From contig BCKZ01000006.1 of the NCBI GenBank assembly GCA_001600815.1, forward strand, positions 186,001-250,000: a stretch of DNA of 64,000 nt, in the 5' to 3' direction. Origin of the DNA: Alloascoidea hylecoeti (Eukaryota). A program made the translations under genes and the position numbers. The stretch's first letter is position 1. Every line of letters starts with the position of its first letter. The notes beneath the pieces were generated by a model. That model did not search any database and was not told the origin of the DNA. It worked only from the letters and a program-made list of their open reading frames with translations. Positions 11,971 through 25,047 of this stretch are shown in pieces.

Positions 11971-12408
11971 TTGTATCTTTTTATTTTTTTATTTTTTTTT
12001 ATATTTTATCGTTTTATTATAAATTATACTAATCTATAAGAGGATTGGAACTATGAGCAGAGAATTATTTAAATAAATTGTTATACAACTATGTCTTAAT
12101 TATATATTTATTTGTATCGAAGGATCAGCTTTTGCCGTTCCATATTTTCTGAATGAATGATGGACTCAGAGTCTGTTTTTAATTCAAAAGAGTTGAATCT
12201 TCTATGAACCCGCATTTACCATAATATTTTTGAAATTTGACTTCGAGGCGCAATTTTTTTCAAGTGGCCATTAAAGCTCTATGTTAAATTGCTTTTTCTA
12301 TAAATACTATATTTATAACAACCAAAAAATTGTGAAAATAAAAAGACCTATTACTAATGTTGTTAAAAACAGATATTTAAAAATATAATTTCATTAAAAT
12401 GAATGTTC

Positions 12409-12480
12409 CTCCGATACGGGGAATCGAACCCCGAACTGCCCGGTGAAAGCGGACCGTGCTAGCCGTTACACTATATCGGA
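12409..12480 (-). tRNA. tRNA-Glu(UUC)
   Basis: Minus strand TCCGATATAGTGTAACGGCTAGCACGGTCCGCTTTCACCGGGCAGTTCGGGGTTCGATTCCCCGTATCGGAG (72 nt). Acceptor stem, anticodon TTC and GTTCGATTC T-loop are present, with a T4 run just downstream. Confidence 0.97.
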
Positions 12481-12481
12481 T

Positions 12482-12785
12482 TTTAGTGGAGTTCGTAAAA
12501 TCACCAACTTCCATCTACCAATATGAATGTCAAATTTGGGAAACCATAAGAATACTAAAGAAGTTGATGTTAGGAAGCGATAGAATTGGGATCAAATTAT
12601 TGATCATAAATCCAAAAGATAACCATATAGAAAAAAATGGGCCTTTTATCAAAAAGGCACTAAAGCTAAGGAAAAATATTAGATTTGCAGGGACACCACC
12701 ACAAATATTAAATGAGATTGATTGGGGGATTCTAATATCTAAAAACTTGAAAAAGTAAAATACATCTAAAAAAAAAAAAAAAAAA
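12482..12785 (+). mobile_element. 5'-truncated L1-like retrotransposon 3' end with poly(A) tail
   Basis: With one frameshift it reads FSGVRKITNFHL/QYECQIW…, the second half of a C-x2-C…H-x4-C finger. The ORF stops at 12758 and is followed by …ATCT plus A18 (12768-12785), the same ATCT(A)n end as at 60151-60164. Confidence 0.6.
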
Positions 12786-12833
12786 TTTACTTTAAAGGTG
12801 GTCTAGGTACATAAGAAGGGAAGAAAGAAGAGT

Positions 12834-13250
12834 GTCAAGAATACACAAAAATAAGAAGGATAGAAAGAGAGGTTTTTATTTCACTATATATAGTAGAGAT
12901 TTCCTCAGAATTTACATAGTTTCTAGTTATATAATTTAATTGGAAAATATATGAAAAGTTAAAAAAAAGGAAAAGAGAAGAGAGATATATGTCAAGAACA
13001 TATAATAAGAAGATTGGATATAGAAGCTGTTTTTTCACTATATATAGTAGAGATTTCCTCAGAATTTACATAGTTTCTAGTAATAGAATTTAATTGGAAA
13101 TTATATAAAAGGTTAAAAAAAGAGCACCATCACAACTATGAGATTGAAAGTTAAAAAGAAGAAGAGGTTTTATACTCTATGAGTGATTTACTCACTTTAA
13201 TAGTTTCTAGTTAGAAGTTTTAATCGGAAATTATATGCATAAAAAAAAGC
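12834..13250. repeat. Tandem repeat of about 155 bp (two close copies plus a third degenerate copy)
   Basis: TTTCACTATATATAGTAGAGATTTCCTCAGAATTTACATAGTTTCTAGT occurs at about 12879 and 13033 (period 154). TAGTTTCTAGT…TTTAAT.GGAAATTATAT recurs at 13201. Confidence 0.9.
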
Positions 13251-13273
13251 CGCCAGTTGCTCTTATGTATTAT

Positions 13274-13830
13274 TTAATATATCATTAATACTCTCTTCAA
13301 ATATTTAGAGAATATTATCACGTATCCGCAAATATTAATATAAAGTTTATTTTGTAACTTTTTCAACTGATGGTAAAAAGAATATTGGTCATCCTCTTGA
13401 CATTGGAACGTAGAGTTCTCATAATGTGTAATGACTGAGGTCAATACCTGTGAGGCACGGTGCAACAGGATTTTAATCCTCAGGAAACGAAACCTATATT
13501 ATTTACTCTTCATGTCGTTAGAAAGTCTATAAGAGTAGTAGTCCTATTGTTCTCACTAAGCTTCTTTTTGTCAGCAGCCATCCCCATTTTTGCATAATAA
13601 AGTAGGACATCAGTTAGCAGATTTTCACCAGCGTTTGATAAAGTTTGGTAAACTTCTTTGGCTGTTGATACGGATTGTCTGCCTTTGATTCGAGATACGA
13701 GAGTTGAGTGAGCTAACCCGGCGTCCTTTGTAATCTGTCTAGTTGATGTATTGTTCAGTTCATGATCAGAATATCCTAAATTTTAATATCTTCCACCCAG
13801 GTCTATCCAATTATCTTACATTTATCTTAA
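13274..13830 (-). mobile_element. pogo/Fot1-type DNA transposase relic (N-terminal HTH region)
   Basis: Minus-strand translation of 13779-13510, not in the ORF track: STRQITKDAGLAHSTLVSRIKGRQSVSTAKEVYQTLSNAGENLLTDVLLYYAKMGM. This fits the S.R.aA..yGvp.STL..R..G……Q.L…EE..L HTH pattern. Stops and frameshifts follow; boundaries are approximate. Confidence 0.7.
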
Positions 13831-15689
13831 AAGGTAAATTTCTCGAAAGTCCTTCCATAATCTTTTTGTAAAATTGGAAATTAGAAATGCTTAAATAAGT
13901 GAATTATATGCCCACATGTAAAAGGTATATGATAGTTATCGCCTACAATTAAGATCTAGAACCATATTGATGAAATGTATAAAATGAATGAATGCATTAT
14001 GCCTATGTAGTTTATATCAATTGCAATCACAACTCATCTTTTATGATCAACTGATTAGATATATAGAGAATTCCCAACTGCACCTACCCTACAGGGAAAC
14101 ATTAACTTTCCTTTTTAATTTTGCCTATTTTTTCGATATCATTCAAAAAAAAAAAAAAAAACAATACAAAATCTTAAAAATCGTAAAACTAGTATAAAAC
14201 TTCTAATTATATTAAGATCTCTGACGTTTGATTTCTTTAATTTTCTTGATTTCTGTACAGTACATGGCTGTTTTGACGGTGATCATCAACATAGTTAGCG
14301 TTAGTTATAAAGAACTTCAACAAAACTAAATGGTCAACCTGAGAAATATAAAAAATTAAAGAAATCAAACTTGAGTGGTATCAATTTCCTCTATATCTAT
14401 AATATATTAACTATTCGTCGTAATAGAAGGCCCTATAGCTAGCTGATATATTGGATCCTGTTGATTACTAGCTATAAAATTTATAGTTTAGCTCTATTTT
14501 CTCAATTGCAATCAATACGAGGGATATTAAAGGGTTTTAACAAGTAAATAGAAATACTGTAACATTCTTATGTCCTTCTTATCACTTTCCTAGAATTCTC
14601 TAGCTACAGCTCTTTTTTCTTGTATATTTAAAATTTACTTATAAGGCCTTAGATCTATATAAATAGTCCATAGACTCCGTACGCGTAGTTTCTCTTCTAG
14701 GATTATAGCTAACCATATAGACAAGCTTTTCATTACCAATTAATTTTACATCTAATGTCAATATTATTGAATTTTGATATCGATTTCATCGAAGCTGTTA
14801 ATAAAAGTTTAGCTCTAATGATGTCATACAGTTACAATTCCCTTTATATGCACGCATTTCTTTTCTGTTGGGATGGATTCCTTTCCCTAGAATCAATATT
14901 AATTATATAAAAGCTTAAAATTTTATAAATGACATATATCATATGATATATGCAACTTGAGCTCTTCTTAAGCTTGCAATTGTGTATATTTCCGACTTTT
15001 GTTTTGGTGATATATTTCAATTTTAGATGAGCAAAATAATGATAAATGCCATTGTGTAAACGCCAACTTTATATTTCAAAATTTCTCCACGGGCTTCATA
15101 TACGATTGTAGTTAACGTTAACGTTGTCCTAACATAGCAATAGTGTTAAACGTTAGATCTCAAGGTTAGATCACAAGGCATCACATGACATCACATGATG
15201 CTAAGTAGCATGAAATATTATATAAAATGAAAATTTTTGGGATGAGACAACGGTAGAGCTACAAATTTCAGAAAAATTTAACAAGATTTTAACATGAAAT
15301 ATAGCTATAAAAATTAGATGGCAACTTTTTTTAAAGAGAACCAAATCCCTCGGCCATTCATGAATATTATAATAAAGGTGTCAAGATCTTCAACGGGATA
15401 TGCATGGGGATGCATCACTGCACAAAATATTATATAAAATTTTCATACAAGGGCCGTTTTTCCAAAAATGGGAGTTAAATTTTTCGTAACTGTCAATTAC
15501 CGACAGTGATCGATCACCTTCTGTAACAACTGTTGGCGACGTTGATGTTGATTCGAGACACTTCTGTCCTAATTGAGGATACAAACATCAACACTTGCAA
15601 ATGACATATAACATCACCATTTAACAGAAATATTAAAGTATGATCTTCAAGTAATATTCTTTGATGATAGTCAAATAATATTATTAATA

Positions 15690-16005
15690 CCAGATAAGAG
15701 TGATTTGATTGGTGAGAGATAACATTAATCTCTCAGTTATTTACCCCACAAAAACTGAGCCCAGCCGAATTCGAACGTCAAGTCGGACGAAAGCTGTAAT
15801 CACGTGCATTTCCGAGCTCCGGTCCCACCGAACGCCTATTCCGGAAGGTAGCGATTGGCGGGCAAAAAGCGGCTATCAATGCATACACATAACGGGCGAA
15901 CTTTATTAGTAGGGACTGTTCTGCATCAGCATGCATTGCACTTCCTTCCGCAGATTTGGAAGAGTCAAGAGATTTAAAAATACTTATTTTTTTTGGTTAT
16001 AAAAC
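15690..16005 (+). promoter_or_regulatory. GLN1 promoter with GATA site, E-box and TATA box
   Basis: GATAAG at about 15693, TCACGTG at about 15800, GC-rich segment, TATAAAA at about 15998, upstream of the ATG at 16137. Confidence 0.55.
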
Positions 16006-16136
16006 GGCTTTTTTCCACTCTTTTCTTTCTTCATCAATTCAGATCTCATATTCTATATTGTATTTCTATAATTCTAGAAATTATAAAAAAACCTATTTTT
16101 ATCTTTTTATAAATCACATATAAATAAAAAAAGAAA

Positions 16137-17249
16137 ATGTCGACTTCAATTACTTCAAATACTGCTACTTTGCAAAAATATCAAGATTTACCTCAAAATG
16201 GTAAAATCATCGCTGAATACGTTTGGGTTGATGGTACGGGTAACTTGAGATCTAAAGGTCGTACATTAAATAAGAAACCTTCAAATGTTGAAGATTTACC
16301 AGAATGGAATTTTGATGGTTCTTCAACAAATCAAGCTCCAGGCCATGATTCTGATATCTACTTGAGACCTGTTGTTTATTACAACGATCCTTTCCGAAGA
16401 GGTGATAATATTGTTGTTTTAGCTGAATGTTGGAATAACGATGGTACTCCAAATAAATTTAATCACCGACATGAATGTTCTAAATTAATGGATGCTCATG
16501 CTGATCAAAAGACCTGGTTTGGTTTAGAACAAGAATATACATTATTTGATCAATATGATGATGTTTATGGATGGCCAAAGGGCGGTTTCCCAGCTCCTCA
16601 AGGTCCTTATTATTGTGGTGTTGGTACCGGTAAAGTTTACGCAAGAGATGTTATTGAAGCACATTACAGAGCTTGTTTATATGCTGGTATCGAAATTTCA
16701 GGTATCAATGCCGAGGTTATGCCATCGCAATGGGAATTTCAAGTTGGTCCATGTGAAGGTATTAAAATGGGTGATGAATTAACAATTGCTCGTTATTTCT
16801 TACATCGTGTTGCTGAAGATTTCGGCGTTAAGATTTCTTTCCATCCAAAACCATTGAAGGGAGATTGGAATGGTGCTGGTTGCCATACAAATGTATCTAC
16901 ATTAGCAATGAGAAAGAAAGGTGGTATGCAATATATTGACGAAGCGATTGCTAAATTGGCTAAAAGACATAAGGAACATATTGCTTTGTATGGTGCTGAT
17001 AATGATCAAAGACTTACGGGTATACATGAAACTGCCTCAATGGCCAATTTCTCAGCTGGTGTTGCAAATAGAGGTGCATCTATCCGAATTCCAAGATCTG
17101 TTGCAAAAGAAGGTTTTGGATATTTTGAAGACAGAAGACCTGCTTCAAATATTGATCCTTATTTAGTTACAGGTATTATGATTGAAACAATTTGTGGTTC
17201 TATTCCCGAAGCAAATATGACAAAGGATTATGAAAGAGAGTTGGCTTAA
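16137..17249 (+). CDS. GLN1: Glutamine synthetase (type II)
   Basis: [58 protein letters not shown]. Confidence 0.99.
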   Translation: MSTSITSNTATLQKYQDLPQNGKIIAEYVWVDGTGNLRSKGRTLNKKPSNVEDLPEWNFDGSSTNQAPGHDSDIYLRPVVYYNDPFRRGDNIVVLAECWNNDGTPNKFNHRHECSKLMDAHADQKTWFGLEQEYTLFDQYDDVYGWPKGGFPAPQGPYYCGVGTGKVYARDVIEAHYRACLYAGIEISGINAEVMPSQWEFQVGPCEGIKMGDELTIARYFLHRVAEDFGVKISFHPKPLKGDWNGAGCHTNVSTLAMRKKGGMQYIDEAIAKLAKRHKEHIALYGADNDQRLTGIHETASMANFSAGVANRGASIRIPRSVAKEGFGYFEDRRPASNIDPYLVTGIMIETICGSIPEANMTKDYERELA

Positions 17250-18085
17250 GTTTTTTAGGAAAGAGTTGTTGCTTGTTTTTTTGATATAGAAAAAATTTAT
17301 ATTGTTATACTGTTATACTGTTATTGTTTGATACTTTTTTTTTTTTAAATTTTTTTTTTCTGCTTTTAATCTTTTCTACTAGATATATACATTAGATTTC
17401 CCATTGATTTGGATATAGGAATCAAAAGTTCAAGTCGAAAAGACTGAAAGAGAAGTTTTATTATATAGTTATAGTAAACTAGACTTAGGTTTAGTAGACT
17501 AGAGATACCCAAAAGCCAAACGCCGAAGAACCAAATATCCAAATACCCTGATGAGTCATCTGACTGGCAGTGCCCACGTGACTCAGAAAAATATTCTAAA
17601 AATAATTTTAGGGATAAAAATACAAAAATACCTCAAAATTTCAACCTTAACCATAATTATAATAATACCCCCCGGACGCCATATACGCATGTAGCTGCCG
17701 GAAACCAAAATACCCGACGAAATCGTCACATGTGACATGAAAATTCGTTTTATTCTAAGGGCTAGTTCGTCAAATATAATTAGAATAATTAGTCTGTGGT
17801 TAATTAATTAACTTGGCTCTGTGGGAGTCCTCGATTACCATACATATTACATAGTGGACCACCACATAACTATAGAAAATTCGTGGGCGCACCGTAGCAA
17901 GGCTCCACCTTTATAAAAGATATTTATTTAAATTCATTCTTACTTTATAAACTTCTAAGTAACCGTTTATTTAGGGTTAGCAGTAAGCATTCGATCTTAT
18001 CATTCACTGCAAATTTACTTCATTTCATTTAAATTTAGTATTTTCACATAGTACTTACTCGTATTTACTTGAAGCTAATGGAATA

Positions 18086-20300
18086 CTATACGACTTTATT
18101 ATAAATGTCAACCAATAAATAATCCATGCTCATCCCAACAGATTTTAATTGTTCAGCTTGATGTTTTGTAGCCAATACACATGATTTAATAATTGAAAAG
18201 TCTCCTTCTCCATAAAGTTGTCTTTCATAAAGATCAATATATTGTTTAACTTCATCTTGAACCCAAGCAACTAATTTACTAATCTTTAATTTATTTTTAA
18301 AATTTTGCTGATATAATAAAATTGATGATTTAATTAATTGAAATGTTATAATTGAAACTTGATTAATATATTTAAAAATTTCTCCTTGAAATTCTACTTT
18401 TTGAATTCTTTTATGAATTAATTTACTTTTTATATTTAAAAAAATATTAATTGAGTCATCTTCAAGATCAATATTTTTTAAAATTGATAAATATTTATTT
18501 ATTTCTGAATCTTTAATATTTTCAAGACTTAATTCAAATGTTGTTTTTTCTTTTAATTCTTGAATTCGAATTTTTAATTTACTTTCCATAAAAATTTTTA
18601 AAAATGATGAATTATTATTATTTTTATTTGATGTATTTTTATCTTGTGATGATGGTGATTCTTTAATTACTTCTTTACATTTTTTAATTAATTCAACTGC
18701 TTCTTCATAATTATGTCTTGCAATATTAATATCTAATTCTGACATTATATCATCAACTTTTTGAATCATTTTTGCTCTACCATTAAAATCATTTGAATTC
18801 TGATTACCATTTCCTTTTAATCTTAAATTACCATTACCATTGCTGTTAATTGACATGAGTTGTAATAAATCTTCATTATCTTTCAATGATAAATAATTCA
18901 TTGATTCTTCTCCAATTCTTCTTTCCTTCTTTTCGGTTGTTGCACTTGATTCTTCTTGATCTCTTGCTTTCCTAAAGGCAGTCATCACTTTTTGATAATG
19001 ATCAAGTCTTTCAGTTTGATAAACATATGGTAGTGCTCCATATTTAAATTGAATCGTTGCAACCTCAATTTGTTGTTTTGATTTGTTAGGTATTGTCGTT
19101 GTTCCTAAATCACTAAGTTGTACTTCACGTAATGGGAAGCATTGATCAACTGTTAAATTAATAGCTCCATTTGAAGAAGAGGCATCACCTGCTTTACGCC
19201 TTTTCCTTGTTGCAATTAAGATGTGATCATTAAGTATGAATATGTGACTTGGTTGTAATGGTTTCCATGTTGCTGAATTTAATTCAACCCACGTTCCACT
19301 TTCAGCAATAACATGTCTGCCAGGTATAGCTGGTAGATATTTTTGAGCTCCCTCAACATGTTTATATAATGAATTTAATTCATGAGTCCACATTTTTTCA
19401 AGTAATACAACACTTTGTCTACGATTAAAAGAGTTTGATTGTTTACCACCTGCCGTTGCAGTTGTAATCAATGATGTTGTTGATGATGCTGGAGATTTAT
19501 TATTTATTGATAATTTTTGTTCTGCTGATTCTTTCATAGTTGATGAATTTTCTTGTAATTCATTAATTAATTTCCTAACTGAATTTAATTCTTGTTGTAT
19601 ACCAATAACTCTTTTACTAACTTGTAATATTTGAAAATTTGAATTTTCTAAATTTTCATTAATATCTTCCATTGCTTTATTATTCATATCAATTAAGCTA
19701 TTGCTAAATTTTTCAATTTCAATTGCAGTTGCATCTTTTAATTTATGTGATATGAATAATTTTGGATCAAAATTTTTACTACTCATTTTTAAAGATTCAT
19801 CAATTTTATTTAATTCTGCCTTCTTTTTAGCATTTTGAGGATATATTAATTGATTATTTTGTCCTTGTATCCCACCTTGTGTTCCTACTGATGGGCGTAA
19901 TCTAGGATCTTGAGATCTAAGATTTAATGAAGATGTTGATGATGATAATGATGGAATTGCATTGTTATGATTGGCAATTATTCTCGAGGCTCCTGGTGGT
20001 AATGGTGGTGCAATATTCACTGGCAAATCTGAATTTTTAACTTGAACGGACATTCTACGTTTCACCAATCTACCAATCTATTCATAATTCATATAAATAT
20101 TAATATTTGAAGCTTAATGATTATTTATAAATATGACTTACCCTTTCTTGATCTCGGGATTCAACTGGGAGTAAAGAAGATGAACCTCCTCCACTTGGAA
20201 CCGATAAATTAGCATAAGGATTGGCCTTTGGCTGTTTCCAAGCACCCTTTGGAATCAACCTACTTTTTCTCATCGAGGTATCTTTCGGTACTTCCATCAT
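18086..20300 (-). CDS. EXO84: Exocyst subunit Exo84, 2 exons: 20300-20142 and 20077-18086
   Basis: Phase-0 intron 20078-20141 (GTAAGT…TAG) joins MMEVPKDTSMRKSR…NPYA…DQER to IGRLVKRRMS. Core LYKHVEGAQKYLPAIPGRHVIAESGTWVELNSATWKP…HIFILNDHILIA is the Exo84 PH region. Confidence 0.9.
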
Positions 20301-20507
20301 ATTCAGATATGTGTTGTTTTTTGATTGTAAGTAAGTGCCAGAATTATGAAAAGAAGGTTAAGGAGAAGATTAGGTGTACGGGTGCACTCATAAACTTTTT
20401 GTGTTTAACAGGTTGAAAAACTCTTTGTTTAAATTTTAAACAAATTTCTCTGTGTTTTGTGGATAAAATCTACTATTTTATCTTAAGAATTCGAGGGAGA
20501 CTGAGTG

Positions 20508-23500
20508 ATGCCAAATAACAATGGAACGAGTTTAATAAATTCTGATCAATCTGGCCATGGTTATGGAACATTCTTATCAAACCATAATAGTAATATCAAT
20601 ATCAATCACAATCTTATCAAGAAAAATATCAATAATGATGTACTAAAGTCTTCAAAACTAGGTACTTTCACAGGGGTCTTTGTTCCAACAACTTTAAATG
20701 TTTTATCTATTTTGATGTTCTTACGGTTTGGTTTTATACTTGGTCAGGCAGGCATTTTGGGATCTTTATTGTTATTGCTCTTAAGTTACGGTATTGATCT
20801 AGTTACAACATTATCTATTTCTGCAATCGCTACAAATGGAACTGTTAAGGGTGGTGGTACTTATTATATGATTAGTAGATCTTTAGGTCCAGAATTCGGT
20901 GGAAGTATTGGTCTTGTTTTCTATATTGGTCAGATTCTAAACGTGTAAGTAGTGTATTATGCATTATATCTTTTGGGAAATCTCTAATATTTATTCTTTC
21001 AGCGGTCTTAATGTTGTTGGTTTATGTGAACCTCTTTTCTATAATTTTGGTCTTGAATCAGGTACTACTCTTCAATTCTTACACACTGGTTATTGGGCTC
21101 AATTTGCCTACTCAACTATAATTTTAGTCTTATGTATCGGAGTTTGTTTAATTGGCTCACAGGCAGTTTCAAAAGCAAGTACACTTTCATTAGGTTTATT
21201 AATACTCGCAACGCTTTCCATTCCAATATCATGTCTATTCGTAAAACCGTTTGAAATCCCAATATTTGATTCGTTCTATACTGGAATAACGTGGACGAAT
21301 TTTAAAGCCAACTTACTACCCAATTATACAAAAGGTGCGGCTGGTAGTATTCTTAAACGTAAAGAAAATTTCAGAGATTTATTTGGAGTTTTTTTTCCAG
21401 CTACAGCTGGTATATTTGCAGGTGCAAGTATGTCGGGAGATTTAAGAAAACCATCAAAATCAATACCAAAGGGAACATTATGGGGTCTTGGAGTCACATT
21501 TATTTGTTATTTTATTGTAATTGTTAGTATGGGGTCTGCTATACCAAGAGATTTACTGTATAAAGATGTTCAGGTAATTCAAACAGTTTCAATTTCAAAA
21601 TATATTATCTTAATCGGTGAAATTAGTAATTGTTTATTCTCTGTTATAACTGGTATAGTTGGTGCATCAAAAATTTTAGAAGCAATTGCAAAGGATAATA
21701 TATTACCTGGTTTAGATATTTTCACAAAAACTAGAAAAAATTCAGATGATCCAGTTGCGGCGATTTTTTTATCATATCTTTTGGTTCAGATAATTTTGTT
21801 CTTTGATGTTAATAGTATTGCAAATTTTATTGCAATGGCTTTTTTGATGACATTTATCGTTACAAATCTAGCTTGTTTTTTATTAAAAATCGGTAATGCT
21901 CCCAATTTTAGACCATCTTTCAAATATTTTAGCAAAAAATCAGCTTTTGCTGGTGTTATATCTTGTATAATTGCAATGTTTATGGTTGATGGTATGAGTA
22001 CATGTGGTTGCTTTATTATATTGATGCTATTATTCTTACTAATTCATTACGTTTGTCCACCAAAGCAATGGGGGGATGTTTCTCAAAGTTTGATCTATCA
22101 TCAGGTTAGAAAGTATCTATTAAGATTAAGGCAAGATAATGTCAAATATTGGAGACCACAGATTCTTTTACTAGTTGATAATCCAAGAACATCTTGGAAA
22201 TTATTACATTTTTGTAATCATTTGAAAAAAGGTGGGTTATATATGTTAGGTCATGTTTGTGTTATTGAAAATTTTAATAAGAATTTCTCAGAATTGAATA
22301 AACAAAAAAATGCTTGGACTAAATTACGTGATGCCATGAATATTAAAGCTTTTGTTCAAATTGCAACTGGACCAAATTTCGTTTGGAGTGCAAGAAATGT
22401 TTATCTTGGTTCTGGTCTGGGTGGTATGAGACCAAACATTACAGTTTTGGGATTTTTTGAATTAAAAAATCATATTGAAGATGATTATAGTGATAATGAT
22501 AAGACTTGCAATCTTACCAAAAAGGACAACAATAAGAAAAGACAGGATCATATCATCGATATTGAAGATTTACCAACAGATGGTTGTAGACAAGAAAAAA
22601 CCATCAATGTTCAAGAGTGGGTTCATTTAATTGAAGATTTATTAATTATGCAAGCAACCATTGCAATTACAAAAGGGTTTCAAAACCTTGATTTACCAAA
22701 TGTTGACATTGATAGTAGATTTCAAATTCCAAATAAAGAAAGATATATCGATTTATATCCAATTCAAATGGCTGCTGAAGTTATAAATGAAAATGGCGAA
22801 GCAAATTCTTTAACAACCAACTTCGATACTTATACTTTAATTTTACAACTAGGTGCGATTTTAGAAACTGTACCACATTGGCATAAAACTCATAAGCTTC
22901 GAGTTATTGTTTTTGTTGAACATATTGAGGAAGTCTTTGAAGAAACAAAAAGAGTTAAATCTCTTTTAGCAAGTCTTCGAATTAATGCAAAAGTTATTGT
23001 ATTATGTTTGAGTTCTGGTAAATATGATACCTATGAAATACTCATCAATGGTAAATCGTCGTCCGATGTTAGTTCCTATTCGTTTTTAAATAAAAATGAA
23101 ATTGAAAACATCTTACAATTAAATAAAGATTTCCCATTGATGGTCCCTACAAAAGGAAATTTAATTTTGAAAGAACCCTTTTCAATAACTAAAAGAAGGT
23201 TCACAATGGCTAATATTTCAAATTCAAAATTTATGCAATTGGGACATAGACGTCAATTAAGTATGACAACTGGTCATTTATTCCCCAAAACAGTTTATAA
23301 TTCTTCCTCATCTGATGAAGAGGATGGGTTAGTATCTGAATCTGATGTAGACTCGGCATATGGAGATAAAATATCATCAACCGATATCTCTAGCCACGGT
23401 AAAGTGAAAGAAGATGATTCGCCTTCTGGGATACAGTATTCCCGTAATTCTGAACTGAAAATGAAACCTTCATTACGGAGGTTATCCTTACCATCAATAA

Positions 23501-24111
23501 CAAATAGATATGCGCCAACAACAAGTTCAAGCCAACGATCTCCTAACCCATCACGGTCGAGACCAAATTTCTCAAGTCAAGCCATTCCTCAACCCGAAAT
23601 ATTGGATACTGATGATGGAAGACCAACGATCAAATTTGCAAAAGAATTACCTCCACCAAGAAGAGTACTAAAAACGTCTTCTTTTAATACTCGTCAATTG
23701 CAAAATGATGATTATTTCGGCGGAGGGATACCTAAAAGATCTCCTAACATTGCACCCAAATCACCTAGTGATTATAGTGTTCCTTTATCTCCCAAGTGTG
23801 GTGGGAGTATTCTAGACTCTTCATCTTCTAGTCCCAAGTTTGAAGAAGATAAAGATGACGACGAATATGAACATTTATCATTCAATGATCTTCCCGCCCG
23901 TCAACAACATGTTATATTAAATGAATTGATGAAGAAAACATCTAGCAAAGCATCAGTGATATTCTCAACACTTCCTTCTCCACAACCAGGTACACACTTA
24001 AGTCAGGAGGATTCATTACAATATGTAAAGGATTTAGATGCTTGGTGTCATGATTTACCTCCAATTATGTTAATAAACTCACAATCAATTACTGTCACTA
24101 CATCACTCTAA
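20508..24111 (+). CDS. VHC1: Vacuolar cation-chloride cotransporter (SLC12 family), 2 exons: 20508-20944 and 21003-24111
   Basis: Intron 20945-21002 (GTAAGT…CTAAT…CAG) fuses the two listed ORFs (…GQILNVGLNVVG…). Motifs [78 protein letters not shown]. Confidence 0.93.
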
Positions 24112-25047
24112 TAAATCTTTTTTTTCAGCTGATATAAATTTAAAAAGGAATGTTAAATAAATGATATTTCTGATTGGGTTAGATTTTTGTTCTTTTTTCC
24201 CCTTACTCTATGGTTATAAACAGTATTGATGATTAGATTTTTTATATTTGCTATCAATTTGATGTTATAATTATATGTCTGGATTTATTATCAACTACTT
24301 ATATATATCTGAATATAGAATACTTATAGATAAATATCCATTTATTGTATTGCAATTATAATATTAAAGACACCATTTGGTAAGACTCTCTTAGATTTTT
24401 TAACTAATTATGGTATGTAGATAATGTGATTAAGGATTTTATTACTCTGTCTCGGCCAATTCTAGAGTTAATAACAACTTTTTGGAAGGGTTTTTATATA
24501 ATTATTGGATAAAAAGTATCAAAAACCCAATTCCCCTTTGAGGTTCCTTGGTGAGTCAATGGTGACTCACAATAACGTTTCGAATTGAATTGCCTTGTAC
24601 TAACAATAGTTCGTTCAAATTTCTCTAATGAACCTCATTATCACTATATGGAGATACGGGAAACACAGGAGATTGGGGGACTTGGAAGCTGGAACGGTAA
24701 ATCCTCAGCGCATGCCCCGAATATTAGTGAGAACTTAAAAGGTTGAAAACTATCATAATTAATGGTTTGTTGGTGATTTTAATTTCGCTGTCAGGAGGGT
24801 AAGTATTCAGTAGAAGTAAGTGTATAAATTCGGACAACATTAATATTAATACTTGTGTTCACTGTTAAGAAGTACCTGATTTTCATATTTACACATACGG
24901 TCTTAAATATACGCACTCGTTAATTTTTTTTTCTAACTCTATTTCCTATTTTTATTAAATGTTTTAACAACGATAACAAAGAGAATATATTTAACATAGC
25001 TCGAATAAAAGTACAAAACCCACAAAACACATAATTTTAGAAATCAA

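Noticed and set aside
12409..12785. tRNA plus LINE tail as a tRNA-derived SINE
   Set aside because: The tRNA and the LINE tail are on opposite strands, and the tRNA is intact with its own terminator.
12834..13250. Tandem repeat as a CRISPR-like array
   Set aside because: Eukaryotic context; the whole unit is duplicated, with no unique spacers and no cas genes.
20505..21002. Two separate ORFs or a frameshift at the VHC1 5' end
   Set aside because: Explained by a canonical 58-nt intron.
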